33,969 bases of DNA from Octopus bimaculoides (GCF_001194135.2 NC_068987.1:39636415-39670383); one strand, 5' to 3'. Counted from the first letter of the stretch, positions 22,286 to 33,852 are shown. Numbers and translations: made by a program. Notes: generated by a model from the letters alone, not told the origin.

Positions 22286-22287
<2 letters not shown>

Positions 22288-23687
22288 TACTCAAGAAGTG
22301 TGGAATAATGTACCTAAAAAAGAGGCAAGGTACAGTCCCTACCAGGGATAGAATTACTTAATAGAGAACTGATTAAACAAATTGAAATGGAAGACTACAA
22401 ATACCTTGGCATACTTGAGTTCAATGAGATAATGGAGAAGGAAATGAAAGAGCAACTGAGGATGGAATATTTCCAAAGACTAAATTGACCGGATGGAATA
22501 AAATCCAAGTAGTTAATACATAGGTGATAGCATCGCTTCAGTATGGAGCTAGAATCATAAAATGGCAAAAAAAAGAAGTAATGAACATGGATACAAAGAC
22601 GAGAAAAACATTAACAGTACATGGAGCCTTCCACCCTAAGAGTGATACCGATAGTCTGTACTTGGGAGAGGTTTGGTCAGTTGCCAGGATTGTAGCAAAG
22701 CAGAAAAAAACAACTTAGGGTGGCATGTAAAGAATGCTGTGGAGCCATTGTTGAAACATGCGAAGAAGGCTGGTGTCATTAAAACTGAGAATTGTGTATA
22801 GAAAGAATATCTTAAAGAGGAAAAGAACACAAAAAAAGAAACAGCATAGAAGGAAAAAAATGTATTGTCAGTTTGCAAGAGATATGAATGCCAAGACAGA
22901 TACAGAAGACTGATGGCTACAGATGAGGAGGAGTGACCTGAAGATAGAGACAGAAGTACTTATATGTGGAGCTCAAGAACAAGTGTTAAGGACTAACTAT
23001 GTGAAATGCAGAATTGACAACACTATCAACAGTGGCAAATACAGAATGTGTGGTGAGAGGGGTGAAATGGTATGGCACATCATGTGCGAATGCCTGAAAT
23101 TGGCACAATGTGAATACAAAAGACGACATGACAATATGGCAAGAATGATCCATTGGGAGCTCTGAGGAAATCATGGCCTATAAAGAGCAATGACATGGTA
23201 TGAGCAAACGCCAGAAGGAGTCACCGAGAATGAAAACTGCAAAATCCTGTGGGATGCAATGATTCAGTGCAATCATCTGATCAGACATTGGAAACCAGAC
23301 GTTGTGGTGAAAAAAAAAAAAGAAAGAACATGCATGATAATCGACATAGCATGTCCTTGTGACAACAGGATTAAAGAGAAAGAAGAAAAACTGAACAATG
23401 ATGATGATTTGAAGTGGGAAATACAAAGGTTGGGGGTCAATGAAGAATGTAGATGTGGTACCAATAGTAATTAGAACACTTGGAAGTATCAGCACTCAAC
23501 TACTAACATGGCTCAAAAAGATTGGTACAAATGTAAAGGTAGAACACCTACAAAAATCAACATTGTTTGGAACTGCAAGAATTCTTTGCAGGGTTCTTAA
23601 AGCATGACCAGTTAACAAATGTCACCTTAGTCTGCTGGCTGTGGACTTTCCATCATATCCAGCAAAATAAGCAGTGAGTTTTCATCA
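22286..23687 (+). mobile_element. R4/Dong-clade non-LTR retrotransposon, 5'-truncated (copy 1)
   Basis: Motifs: YKYLGILE, HGAFHPKSDTDSLYL, LKIETEVLICGAQEQVLRTN, CCHC-like (Y/C)RMCGERGE..WHIMCEC, KRRHDN, and the REL nuclease KPDVVV...CMIIDIACP.D. The ORF ends at 23607. (AAT)n lies on both sides (22232-22285 and 23688-23726). Confidence 0.9.
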
Positions 23688-23726
<39 letters not shown>

Positions 23727-23894
23727 TGAATCAGGAGGCCAGCAGTTTGGGGAAGGAGCAAATCAATTAAACTGGCTTCTTATGAACATGTTTATATATG
23801 GATTATTGAAATGAGTACAGTTATAAAGAAAACATGATAATAATAATAATTCAAACATATTGTACAATTTATTATTATTATTATTATTATTATT

Positions 23895-24108
23895 AAGGTG
23901 GCAAACTGGAAGAATTGTTAGCATGATGGGCGAAATGCTTAGCGGTATTTCATCTGCTGCTACATTCTGAGTTCAAATTCCACCGAGGGTGACTTTGCCT
24001 TTCATCCTTTTGGGGCTGATGAAATAAGTACCAGTTATGCACTGGAGTCCATGTAATCAACTTGCCCCCTCCCCTAAAATTTCAGGCCTTGTGCCTATAG
24101 TAGAAAGG
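23895..24108 (+). mobile_element. tRNA-derived SINE family B, full length
   Basis: A-box-like TGGCAAACTGG at 23899-23909 and B-box-like GAGTTCAAATTCC at ~23969-23981. The central segment is GACTTTGCCTTTCATCCTTTTGGGG..GATGAAATAAGTACC. (ATT)n lies on both flanks. Confidence 0.88.
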
Positions 24109-24131
24109 ATTATTATTATAATTATTATTGA

Positions 24132-26800
24132 ATAGTCTTATTTTTATCACATGCTTTCAGTGCACTACCGAGCACAGCTCTGTGTGCCTTGGGTATGTAC
24201 TATAGTTTGTTTTTGTGTTGTTATTTTAACTGTATTGAAAGTGTTTGATGTAGGATGTGTACGGTGCCTTGCAGTGCTATTTGCTGTATGTTATATATAT
24301 TCGTAAGCCTTGGTGTTTTGGTTATATGTATGTTTTTTTTAACCATACCTAATGCACCTATCATTATAGGGATTATTTCTGTTTTTAGGCTCCACACACA
24401 GATTATCTTTGCATTTCGAGAGTTTCTCTTAAAGATACATTGTCCTTTGTTGGGACTGATACATTGATTAGAAGGCAATTTTTTTCTTGGTGGTTTCTGA
24501 TAACTATAACCAGTCAATTAGCCTTGATCTCTCTATCTATGTGTATTGTCATATCCCAGTATGGTTGCTTTGTCATTTTCTGAGACCTTTTTCTGAGATA
24601 TGCCTATACCATTTTTTTTTTCTGTCATTCCATAGTTCTAGCATAACTTCTCCAAGTGTATATAAGTCTCACCTCAGTTGGGCAATCAGAGACAATGTGA
24701 CTTGTTTCTTTCCCATAATCACATATTCTGTAGTTACTTATTGTATTTTTCTTCAGTATGTGTTTTTGATGGTTTCTGGTGAGGAGGCGTTGATCTTGTG
24801 CCACAATTAAAAACCCTCCAGTCTCTGCTTTGAGTCATCAACTTCTCAACCATTGTTGGGATTATACTTTCATCATCATCATCATCATCATCGTTTAACG
24901 TCCGCTTTCCATGCTAGCATGGGTTGGACGATTTGACTGAGGACTGGTGAAACCGGATGGCAACACCAGGCTCCAGTCTGATTTGGCAGAGTTTCTACAG
25001 CTGGATGCCCTTCCTAACGCCAACCACTCAGAGAGTGTAGTGGGTGCTTTTACGTGTCACCCGCACGAAAACGGCCACGCTCGAAATGGTGTCTTTTATG
25101 TGCCACCCGCNNNNNNNNNNNNNNNNNNNNNNNNNNNNNNNNNNNNNNNNNNNNNNNNNNNNNNNNNNNNNNNNNNNNNNNNNNNNNNNNNNNNNNNNNN
25201 NNNNNNNNNNNNNNNNNNNNNNNNNNNNNNNNNNNNNNNNNNNNNNNNNNNNNNNNNNNNNNNNNNNNNNNNNNNNNNNNNNNNNNNNNNNNNNNNNNNN
25301 NNNNNNNNNNNNNNNNNNNNNNNNNNNNNNNNNNNNNNNNNNNNNNNNNNNNNNNNNNNNNNNNNNNNNNNNNNNNNNNNNNNNNNNNNNNNNNNNNNNN
25401 NNNNNNNNNNNNNNNNNNNNNNNNNNNNNNNNNNNNNNNNNNNNNNNNNNNNNNNNNNNNNNNNNNNNNNNNNNNNNNNNNNNNNNNNNNNNNNNNNNNN
25501 NNNNNNNNNNNNNNNNNNNNNNNNNNNNNNNNNNNNNNNNNNNNNNNNNNNNNNNNNNNNNNNNNNNNNNNNNNNNNNNNNNNNNNNNNNNNNNNNNNNN
25601 NNNNNNNNNNNNNNNNNNNNNNNNNNNNNNNNNNNNNNNNNNNNNNNNNNNNNNNNNNNNNNNNNNNNNNNNNNNNNNNNNNNNNNNNNNNNNNNNNNNN
25701 NNNNNNNNNNNNNNNNNNNNNNNNNNNNNNNNNNNNNNNNNNNNNNNNNNNNNNNNNNNNNNNNNNNNNNNNNNNNNNNNNNNNNNNNNNNNNNNNNNNN
25801 NNNNNNNNNNNNNNNNNNNNNNNNNNNNNNNNNNNNNNNNNNNNNNNNNNNNNNNNNNNNNNNNNNNNNNNNNNNNNNNNNNNNNNNNNNNNNNNNNNNN
25901 NNNNNNNNNNNNNNNNNNNNNNNNNNNNNNNNNNNNNNNNNNNNNNNNNNNNNNNNNNNNNNNNNNNNNNNNNNNNNNNNNNNNNNNNNNNNNNNNNNNN
26001 NNNNNNNNNNNNNNNNNNNNNNNNNNNNNNNNNNNNNNNNNNNNNNNNNNNNNNNNNNNNNNNNNNNNNNNNNNNNNNNNNNNNNNNNNNNNNNNNNNNN
26101 NNNATGTTGCTGCACCTCTTATGTGTCCATAGCTTGCACCGGGTACATCTTATAGAGTTACTACCTACTCCTTTTCTACATACTGAGCAGGGCCATCTAC
26201 CTGAAGGGGTTTGTGTTTTATCTACCTTCCTACTTATTAGGATTTTGGTTTTAGCTAGGTTGACTCTAAGGCCCTTCAATTCTAGACCTTGCTTCCACAC
26301 CTGAAACTTCTCCTCTAGTTCTGATAGTGACTCCGCAATTAGGGCAAGGTCATCAGCATAGAGGAGCTCCCAGGGGCAACCTGTCTTGAACTCCTCTGTG
26401 ATTGCCTGGAGGACTATGGTAAATAATAGGGGGCTGAGGACGGAACCTTGGTGGACCCCTACCTCTACTTAGCTTATCCTAGTATTTGTTATGGAAGGAC
26501 TTCTCTTGCCATCATTTTATCATGGCATTTTGTAGCTTCTTGTATTTTTTGGCTTCCTTGCGGAAAACAGTCTTTTGCTTTGCTCATGCTTTGTGACTAT
26601 TTGTATCAGTTTTCTCTGGTTCTGAGTTAGATATTTCTGTAATTCTATGGTGGATATTTTATAGTATTTTATTTGTATAAGGCCTCTACTGCATTCAATT
26701 CACTGTATATATAACCTTCTTATGGGTGGTGTATTCTAGATTTTGGGTGGTGTATTCTAAATTCCATCATTATTTTTCTTGTTTGGTTAGTTCATTTAGT
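24132..26800 (-). mobile_element. R4/Dong-clade element (copy 2, different subfamily), 5'-truncated, split by an RTE insertion
   Basis: Minus-strand motifs run RRLYIQ..E.SRGLIQ, YYK.STIELQKYL, WQEKS.H.KY | insertion | SQQWLRS..LKAETGGFLIVAQDQ, HIVSDCP and WSLKTEIIPIMIGALGMVKK...QQIALQGTVHILHQTLSIQ. AAT-type tracts lie at both ends (24109-24131 and ~26800-26835). Confidence 0.85.
24871..26469 (-). mobile_element. Young RTE LINE, 5'-truncated within RT, spanning an N-gap, nested in Dong copy 2
   Basis: The 3' end is identical to 19832-20061. After the gap the minus frame is stop-free: VEVGVHQGSVLSPLLF...ELLYADDLALIAE...VNLAKTK...WPCSVCRKGVGSNSIRCTRCKLWTHKRCSN. Confidence 0.93.
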
Positions 26801-27828
26801 TATTATTATTATTGTTATTATTATCCTTATTATTCTTGTTAATCATTCATTCAACAATGAAAATAAGTCTAATGAATATAGTAATAACAACTCAAAATAT
26901 CTTTGATTGTAAAAAAAAAAAAATAGTCTCAGCTGTAAAAGAATCAAAAGTATATCTGTACCTTAAATGATGATAATCTGGCAAAGTAGACTGGAAGGGA
27001 GAAAAAAACGAGTTACATTTACATTGTTGTCTCTCTTTTTTTAACTTCTTCTGACTTGTTTCTTCTTTCTTTCTAAAACAAAATATCCAAGGGTCCATAG
27101 TAATACTGGAAATAACACCTATTCCAGCATTATGTTGTGGAAGTACAAACTACTTGCCATTCCTTGTTGATAGAAGCCTTTGATGGGTCTCTAAGTGGTC
27201 TACGACGTGTTGGCATAAATTCATATGGATGACTCCTAGTTGCTTTTGGCAAACTAGCAGAGTGACTACATGAGACTGTAATTTGTGGGTATAAGTTCAA
27301 GGTATCACTGGTAGTATTGATCAAGTTAATTTGATTGTCTTTTGAATAACTTTGCTTGGCAGATTCCAGGGAGTCTGGTGTGGAATTTTCTTCGAGATGA
27401 AAGTTAATAGGATCTAGTTTAGATTCTAGCAAGATTAAAGTCTGGCGAATGCATTTTGCGTCATCTTCCAAACGTTGTAGCTGCTTGCTAAATTTCTTCT
27501 GAGACATCAGATGTTCCCAGTAATGCCTAAAAATGGGCAAGACATTAAAAGACTTCACTGCCATCACAGATCTTAATTAGGTAACCAAAAGCGAAGAAAA
27601 TTTATAATGGTATCTACAAAAGTTTGATATAATTATTAAAGATAGATTTCACAATCAACAAGAAGGTATATTACTTTGCAGTTTCTTTTTTTTTTTTTTT
27701 TTTTTTTTTTTGTAAAGAAATATTTCACTTCATTAATTACCATTATAAGATTCAGAAATTAAACTACAGGATGTTGAAGAATGACTTCATTATTAAAAGT
27801 AAAACATTATGTATACATACATATACTG

Positions 27829-27864
<36 letters not shown>

Positions 27865-28083
27865 ACACACACACACACACATGCATACACACAAACACAC
27901 ATGAAAAGAACGCTTACTAAATCTGAATAATTAGCAAACTATCCCTCTGTCATCATCATCATTACATAATGTCCACCTTTCTATGCTGGACAGATTTTGT
28001 ATGACTAAATGCCCTTTCCTGTTGCAATCTCTCACTGATTTCCAAGTGTCATGCAATGTCAAGACGAAAAAGCTGTCACATGC

Positions 28084-28119
<36 letters not shown>

Positions 28120-28384
28120 CAAAACAGGAGATTGGAAAAAAATGTTTGTTATTATTTATTCACCACTACACATCTTTCATTTGCTAAAGTATAGAACATA
28201 TATCTCCTAATACTTCTTTTGGATGCCTATACAAAATGCTCTCTCTCCTACTTCCCCTGGTAAACATGGCGAATGTGAAGCAAATACAATGACGGTGAAG
28301 TAAATGCAGATTGAAACCTATTTGTACCTACATATGTCTGCCAAATGTACATGTGAGCTTTCTTTTCAGATGCAAAATACTGTT

Positions 28385-31300
28385 CCCCATCCCACACCTA
28401 CATCCTCAGAGTTGGCACACTTAATGTGGGCACATTGAAAGTTAGGTCTGGTGAGATTGTTGAGATGCTTGAATGGAGGAATGTAGATGTGTGTTGCATC
28501 CAAGAAGTAAGGTGGAGAAGAGGTTCTGCTAGGTTCTTCATAGGCAAAGAGTATAGGTATAAAATCTTCTAGATAGGAACAGTGATGGGATGGGGTTGGG
28601 GGCGTGGGCATACTTCTTGCAGCGAAATGGATTGATAAGGTAATCAGGGTAGTCAGAGTGAGTGACAGAATATTTAAGCTTAGACTAGTGTTGCAACATG
28701 GAACAGCAACCATTATCTTGGCTCATGCCCCTCAATCGGTTCTACCTGATGATCAGAGAAAGACCAATTTTATGACACCCTTTTGCCAACTGCCTTGTCA
28801 ACAAATGTCTAGGACCTTCTCTTTGTAGCTGGCAACTTCAAAGGGTATGTTGGACAACATCTGGGTGGCTAAAAATTTGGTACTCGTAATGAGAAAGGAA
28901 CCAAGCTGCTGGAGTTCTGTGATGCAAATGATCTTATGATCTACAATACTAACTTCAGGAAATTTGGTGGTCACCTGTTCACCTATCAATCTAGTAGGCA
29001 CACTAGTCAGATTGACTACATTCTTGCCATAAAATGGGAAAGATGGCTGCTTATAAATGCCAAAACTTTCCCAGGTGAAGAATGCACCTCAGTTGTTAGC
29101 AATTTCATGATCAGGGCTAAATGGCTGCCTAGAAGACAACCAGTGTGGAAAAGAAGGTCTGGAAGCTTAAGGATCATCAGAAAGGACAGAGATTTAGAGA
29201 CAAGTTACTCGAAGTAGTTGATGAAAAAGAAGAGGATATAGTGACATATAATGTGGAGGACAACTAGGAGTTCCTACAGGACAACCTACTGAAGGCTACT
29301 GACCAAATCTGTGGCTGGTGCAAAGTCTTCCTTGACCTAAGGTGACATAGTGGTGGAACAGTGTAGTTGATAGGGCTGCAGGAGAAAAGAAATGAGCCTG
29401 CAAGAACTGAATGTATGAGGATAGCAGGGAACTGTATCAGATAGCCAGAAGGGAAGCTAGGAGACAGGTCTATTCAGCCAGGGGAGAATCAGAAAAGAAG
29501 TTTGCCAATGTTCTGTGACGTGAGGACCAGAGACTTGAAGTGTTTTGGATTGCAAGACAATGTGTGAGAGAAAACGATGACATTATAGGAGAGAAATGTG
29601 TCCGCATGTATAATGGTTCACTTACATTTAGTGATTCTGCACAGAAAGAGGCTTGAAAACGTCATTATGAAAGACTACTAAATGTGGAGAATGAATAGGA
29701 GTAGGAGAGTCTGCTAAATGTTGACCAAACTGAGGAACCAGCTATCCAAATTGACAGGGGCTTGGTAGATAAAGAAATGAAGGATATGAAGATAGGGAAA
29801 GCCCCTGGCCCATCAGGAATCACTGCTGAGATGCTTAAAATATCTAGCAGAATAGGATATAGCCTAATCATCCATATAGTTAATCAGGTTGTCCATGAGG
29901 GAGTCATACCTAACAACTGGTGTAGCAGCATTATAGTCAACTGCTACACAAGCAAAGGTATGCCTTAGGCACAAATAATTACAGAGGCATCAAATTACGA
30001 GACCAGGTGATGAAAGTCACAGAAAGGGTCATAGCTCAATTAATTAGGAAAAGATTCAGTGTAGATGAGATGCTGTTCGGATATGTGCCAGGCATGACTG
30101 ATGCTATATTCCTGGTTAGGCAACTGCGGGAGAAATATTTAGCCAAAGATAAACCTCTATACCTGGCTTTTGCTGAAATGGAGAAAGCCTTTGACAGAGT
30201 CTGCAACTCCATTATCTGAGAGTTAATATGGAAGCTAGGGATAGATGAGTAGTTGGTGAGAGCTGTACAATCCACATACAGGGATGCTGTCAGTAAGGGT
30301 TCACCAAGGATCAGTTCTCAACCCCCTCTTGTTCATCATAGTCCTCCAGACAATAACAGAGGAATTTAAGACAGGCTATCCCTGAGAGCTCCTCTATGCT
30401 GATGACCTTGCTCTTATAGCTGAATTACAACCAGAACTAGAAAAGAAATTTCAGGTGTGGAAGCAAGGTCTAGAACAGTGCTCTGAAACCTTTATTCATT
30501 TGCAGTACACTTATATTCTTTTCAAAATTTGGTGACATACCTGACTAAAAATATAACTAAAAGTATAAGGAAAAAGATTATATTCAGGATACACTGCCGC
30601 ACACCTAGCATCGCCTTGCAGCACGCCACTGTGCTGTGGTATACAGGTTGTGGAGCACTGGTCTAGAATCAAAAGGCCTTAGATTTAATGTAGCAAAAGC
30701 CAAAGTCTTAGTAAGTAGGAAAGCAAACAAATCACAAATCCTTTCAGGTAGATGGCCCTGCTCAATCTGTAGAAAAGGGGTTGGTAGAAACTCCATAAGA
30801 TGTACTCAGTGAAAGCTACAGACACATAAGAGCTGCAGCAATATCAGAGGAAGGTTAACAGGGAAAATAGTTTTTGTGTGTGGATGGTGCAATAAACATT
30901 AAAAATGTACAGAAAATAGATTCCATTAAATGCCAAGGGGGGATACCTAGAAGTAGTTGATAGCTTCCATTATCTAGTTGACCAAGTCAACTGTAGAGGC
31001 TGGGCAAAGTTCAGAAAGCTCCTACCTCTGTTGGTAACTAAGGGTCTCTCCCTCAGTGTGCAAGGCAGATTGTATGATGCTTGTGTGTGAACAGCCATGC
31101 TACATGGCAGTGAAACGTAGGCTGTGACTGCCAAAGATATGTATAGGCTTGAAAGAAATGAAGCTAGTACGCTTTGCTGGATGTGCAATGTCAGTGTGCA
31201 TGTACAACAAAGTATAAGCATCCTGAAAGAAAAGTTGGGCATAAGAGGCATCAGACGTGGTGTATAAGAGAGACGATTGCATTGGTATGGTCGTGTGATG

Positions 31301-31888
31301 TATATGGATAAGGACAGCTGTATGAAGAAGTACTGATCTCTGACTGTGGAGGTAACTTGTGGAAGAGGTAGACCCAGGAAAACATGGAACGAGGTGGTGA
31401 AGCATGATCTTTGAATGTTGGGCCTCACGGAGGTGATGATAAGTGACTGAGACCTTCAGCAATATACCACGCTTGAGAAGACCTGTGAAGCCAAGTGCAA
31501 TTGTTGTCATGGCCAATGTCAGTGTCATGTAACTGGCAGCCATGCTGGTGGCACATAAAAAAACACCCTATGAACATTGGGCCTCACAGAGGCAATGATA
31601 AGTGACTGAGACCTTTGGTAATATGCTGGTGGCACGTAAAAAGCACCAGCCATAGAAACCATGTCAAATCAGATTGGAACCTGGTGTAGCTTTCCAGCTT
31701 CCCACAGTTGGGCAAAAGGCCTCAGATGTCGTATGCAGTTGCATTGGTAAAGTCATGTGATGTGTCTGGATGACAACTGTGTAAAGAAGTGCTAATCTTT
31801 AACTGTGGAGGAACTTGTGGAAGCTTCAGTCAAACCTTCTAACCCATGCCAGCATGGAAAGCAGACACTAAAGAATGATGATGATGAT
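28385..31888 (+). mobile_element. Old, near-complete RTE ORF2 (APE + RT + PHD-like finger) with rearranged 3' end
   Basis: APE motifs: LRVGTLNVGTL, VDVCCIQEVRW, GVGILLAAKW, AHAPQ and SQIDYIL. RT motifs: KAPGPSG, FAEMEKAFDRV, QGSVLNP and LLYADDL (~30390-30410). The C-terminus reads GRGRPRKTWNEVVKHDL. There are many stops and frameshifts, and the (GAT)n tail is at 31875-31888. Confidence 0.95.
30476..30660. mobile_element. hAT (Charlie-like) MITE, 185 bp, inserted in the RTE RT domain
   Basis: Perfect 8-bp TSD GTCTAGAA at 30468-30475 and 30661-30668. The TIRs are CAGTGCTCTGAAACCT and the reverse complement CAGTGCTCCACAACCT. The TSD fits the NTCTAGAN preference of hAT-Charlie. Confidence 0.92.
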
Positions 31889-31892
31889 AAAT

Positions 31893-32049
31893 GGGTACCT
31901 TTCAGTTTTTGTCTACTAAAATCTTCTGACAAGGTTTTGGTTGGCTTGGAACTATAGTAGAAGACATTTGCCTAAGGTGCTACACAGAGAAATTGAACCC
32001 AAAATCATGCGGTTTAGAAGCAAAATTCTTAACACAGTCATATCTGCAC
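31893..32049 (-). mobile_element. SINE family A head, degenerate
   Basis: Reverse complement of 10549-10711. Confidence 0.75.
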
Positions 32050-32065
32050 ACACACACATGTATGT

Positions 32066-32205
32066 CATCATCATCATTTATGTCCATTTTCCATGCTGGC
32101 TTGGGATGGTTTGACAAGAGCTGGCAAGGCCAGGATCCATACCAGGTTCCATAGTCTGTTTTGGCTTCATTTCCAAAGCTGGATGCCACCCTTCCTAATA
32201 CCAAT
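32066..32205 (-). mobile_element. Degenerate RTE 3' end
   Basis: (CAT)n followed by TGTCCATTTTCCATGCTGGCTTGGG...GCTGGATGCC..CCTTCCTAA, matching the RTE terminus. Confidence 0.65.
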
Positions 32206-33203
32206 GAGGAGAAAGACAATTCAGAGTGGGAGTGGCATGTATTTGAACAACATAGACAAATACAGGATATCAAATACCATAAAGTATAAATTCTTGATTT
32301 ATTAAAATTATCTCCACCTCTAGAGGATGTATCATAATCACCAAATGGCATTTAAGGAATCAAGATTTCTCCAAAATTGACATGCTGTTAAGGCTTATTG
32401 TCTGGAGATTAAAGGCTAGTCATGGACATGTGTTTTTGTCTCTATAACGATTATCAGTATGACAACTGCACAACCTTATCTCCAGTAGCCAAGAGAAAAA
32501 AACTAAGAAAAATTACTCAGAGTGGTTAGTAGCATGCATTTGAACAACAGTGACAAATATTATACAGTATAAGTTCTTGACTTATTAAAACTATACATAT
32601 TATATGTATATACAAACATGCATAATGTCTTAGATATGACATTAAACCACACCCAGTCATTCAGAAACTCTGGAGTTGTGGAGAGTGTGGAGTCCCCTTA
32701 ATTACCACTACTCCCAAGTCCGTTCTGATCCAGAATAGTAGTACCTGTCAGGATCCGATCTATGGGTTAAAAAGATTTCCCAGGAGTAGAGGAGGCATCT
32801 GTTATTTTTGACAAAGCTGTGGGGAAGGCAGTTCTTCTAGCAGAAAGATACTCTGACATAAAACTTGGAGTTGAGATAGTAGTAGTCATCTTACAATACA
32901 TGTCACTGGAGCTATTATGGCAATCAAGAGAGTGACAAAAATGTTGTCTTTTGTTACTTAAATCCAATAACAGATGTCTGCTATTTCATTTCTAGGTCAC
33001 TTTCGTATTTTATAAAGTCCTATGGTGATGGATGCATGGTAACATGAAGCAGGGCCATGTGATTGACTTTTGTCTTGAAGTCACTGGTTGGCCTGAAAAG
33101 TCATATCCATGCTCATTCAGGGATGAAACTAAATCAGGCTGAATGTAAGAGTTATCATATGATAAGATGAGATAATCATCATCATATATGATGCATGTAT
33201 GTA

Positions 33204-33232
<29 letters not shown>

Positions 33233-33235
<3 letters not shown>

Positions 33236-33377
33236 TAAGAAGTTTGCTTTCCAATCACTTGATTCTGGGTTCAGTCCCATTGTGTGGCACTCTGAGCAAA
33301 TGTCTTCTACTATAGCCCCAAGCCAACCAAAGCCTTGTGAGTAGATTTGATAAGCAAAAACTGCAAGATGCCTGTCG
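33233..33377 (+). mobile_element. SINE family A head
   Basis: GGGTTCAGTCCCATTGTGTGGCACTCTGAGCAAATGTCTTCTACTATAGCC...CCAAAGCCTTGTGAG is colinear with 10549-10711. Confidence 0.8.
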
Positions 33378-33512
33378 TATGTGTGTGTGTGTGTGTATAT
33401 AGAAACACACACACACANNNNNNNNNNNNNNNNNNNNNNNNNNNNNNNNNNNNNNNNNNNNNNNNNNNNNNNNNNNNNNNNNNNNNNNNNNNNNNNNNNN
33501 NNNNNNNNNNNN

Positions 33513-33545
<33 letters not shown>

Positions 33546-33782
33546 ATGATGATGGCGAGTATGTGGGTGAGCATGTGTGTGTTTCAAGCGAGGGTGGTTG
33601 AGTATATACATATAGGCGAATGTACAGATTGGTGCACTTACGCGAACACTATAAACTTTTCTACTCCCTTACCTTTACTCCCTCCCCTTACTTAGCGGGC
33701 TATAGCGCTTTTGTCTTAATGACGGTCAACCACACAGTAATTTCCCTTTGTTTAACGGTCATTTTCATAGCATTCTTCAATG

Positions 33783-33852
33783 GCCAGATAACTGAAGAGA
33801 TGGCAGCTTGGGTTCCCACCCTGGCATCCGAAACTCGGAGTTTTATCATGGC
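33783..33852 (+). ncRNA. Type I hammerhead ribozyme-like motif (probably degenerate; Penelope terminal-repeat/retrozyme type)
   Basis: Stem I is GCCAGATAA (33783-33791) with TTATC-A-TGGC (33843-33852). The core is CTGAAGA (33792-33798). Stem II is imperfect, GATG.CAG with CTG.CATC. GAAA is at 33830-33833 and a minimal stem III reads ACTC-G-GAGT. The putative cleavage triplet is GTT (33840-33842). Confidence 0.6.

Noticed and set aside
30970-31543. Minus-strand ORFs of 152 and 147 aa
   Set aside because: They are antisense shadows of RTE ORF2.
32633-32940. Probable repeat fragment followed by a 55-codon open frame (KDFPGVEEASVIFDKAVGKAVLLAERY…)
   Set aside because: There is no second copy in the window and no recognisable motif or splice structure, so it cannot be classified without a search.
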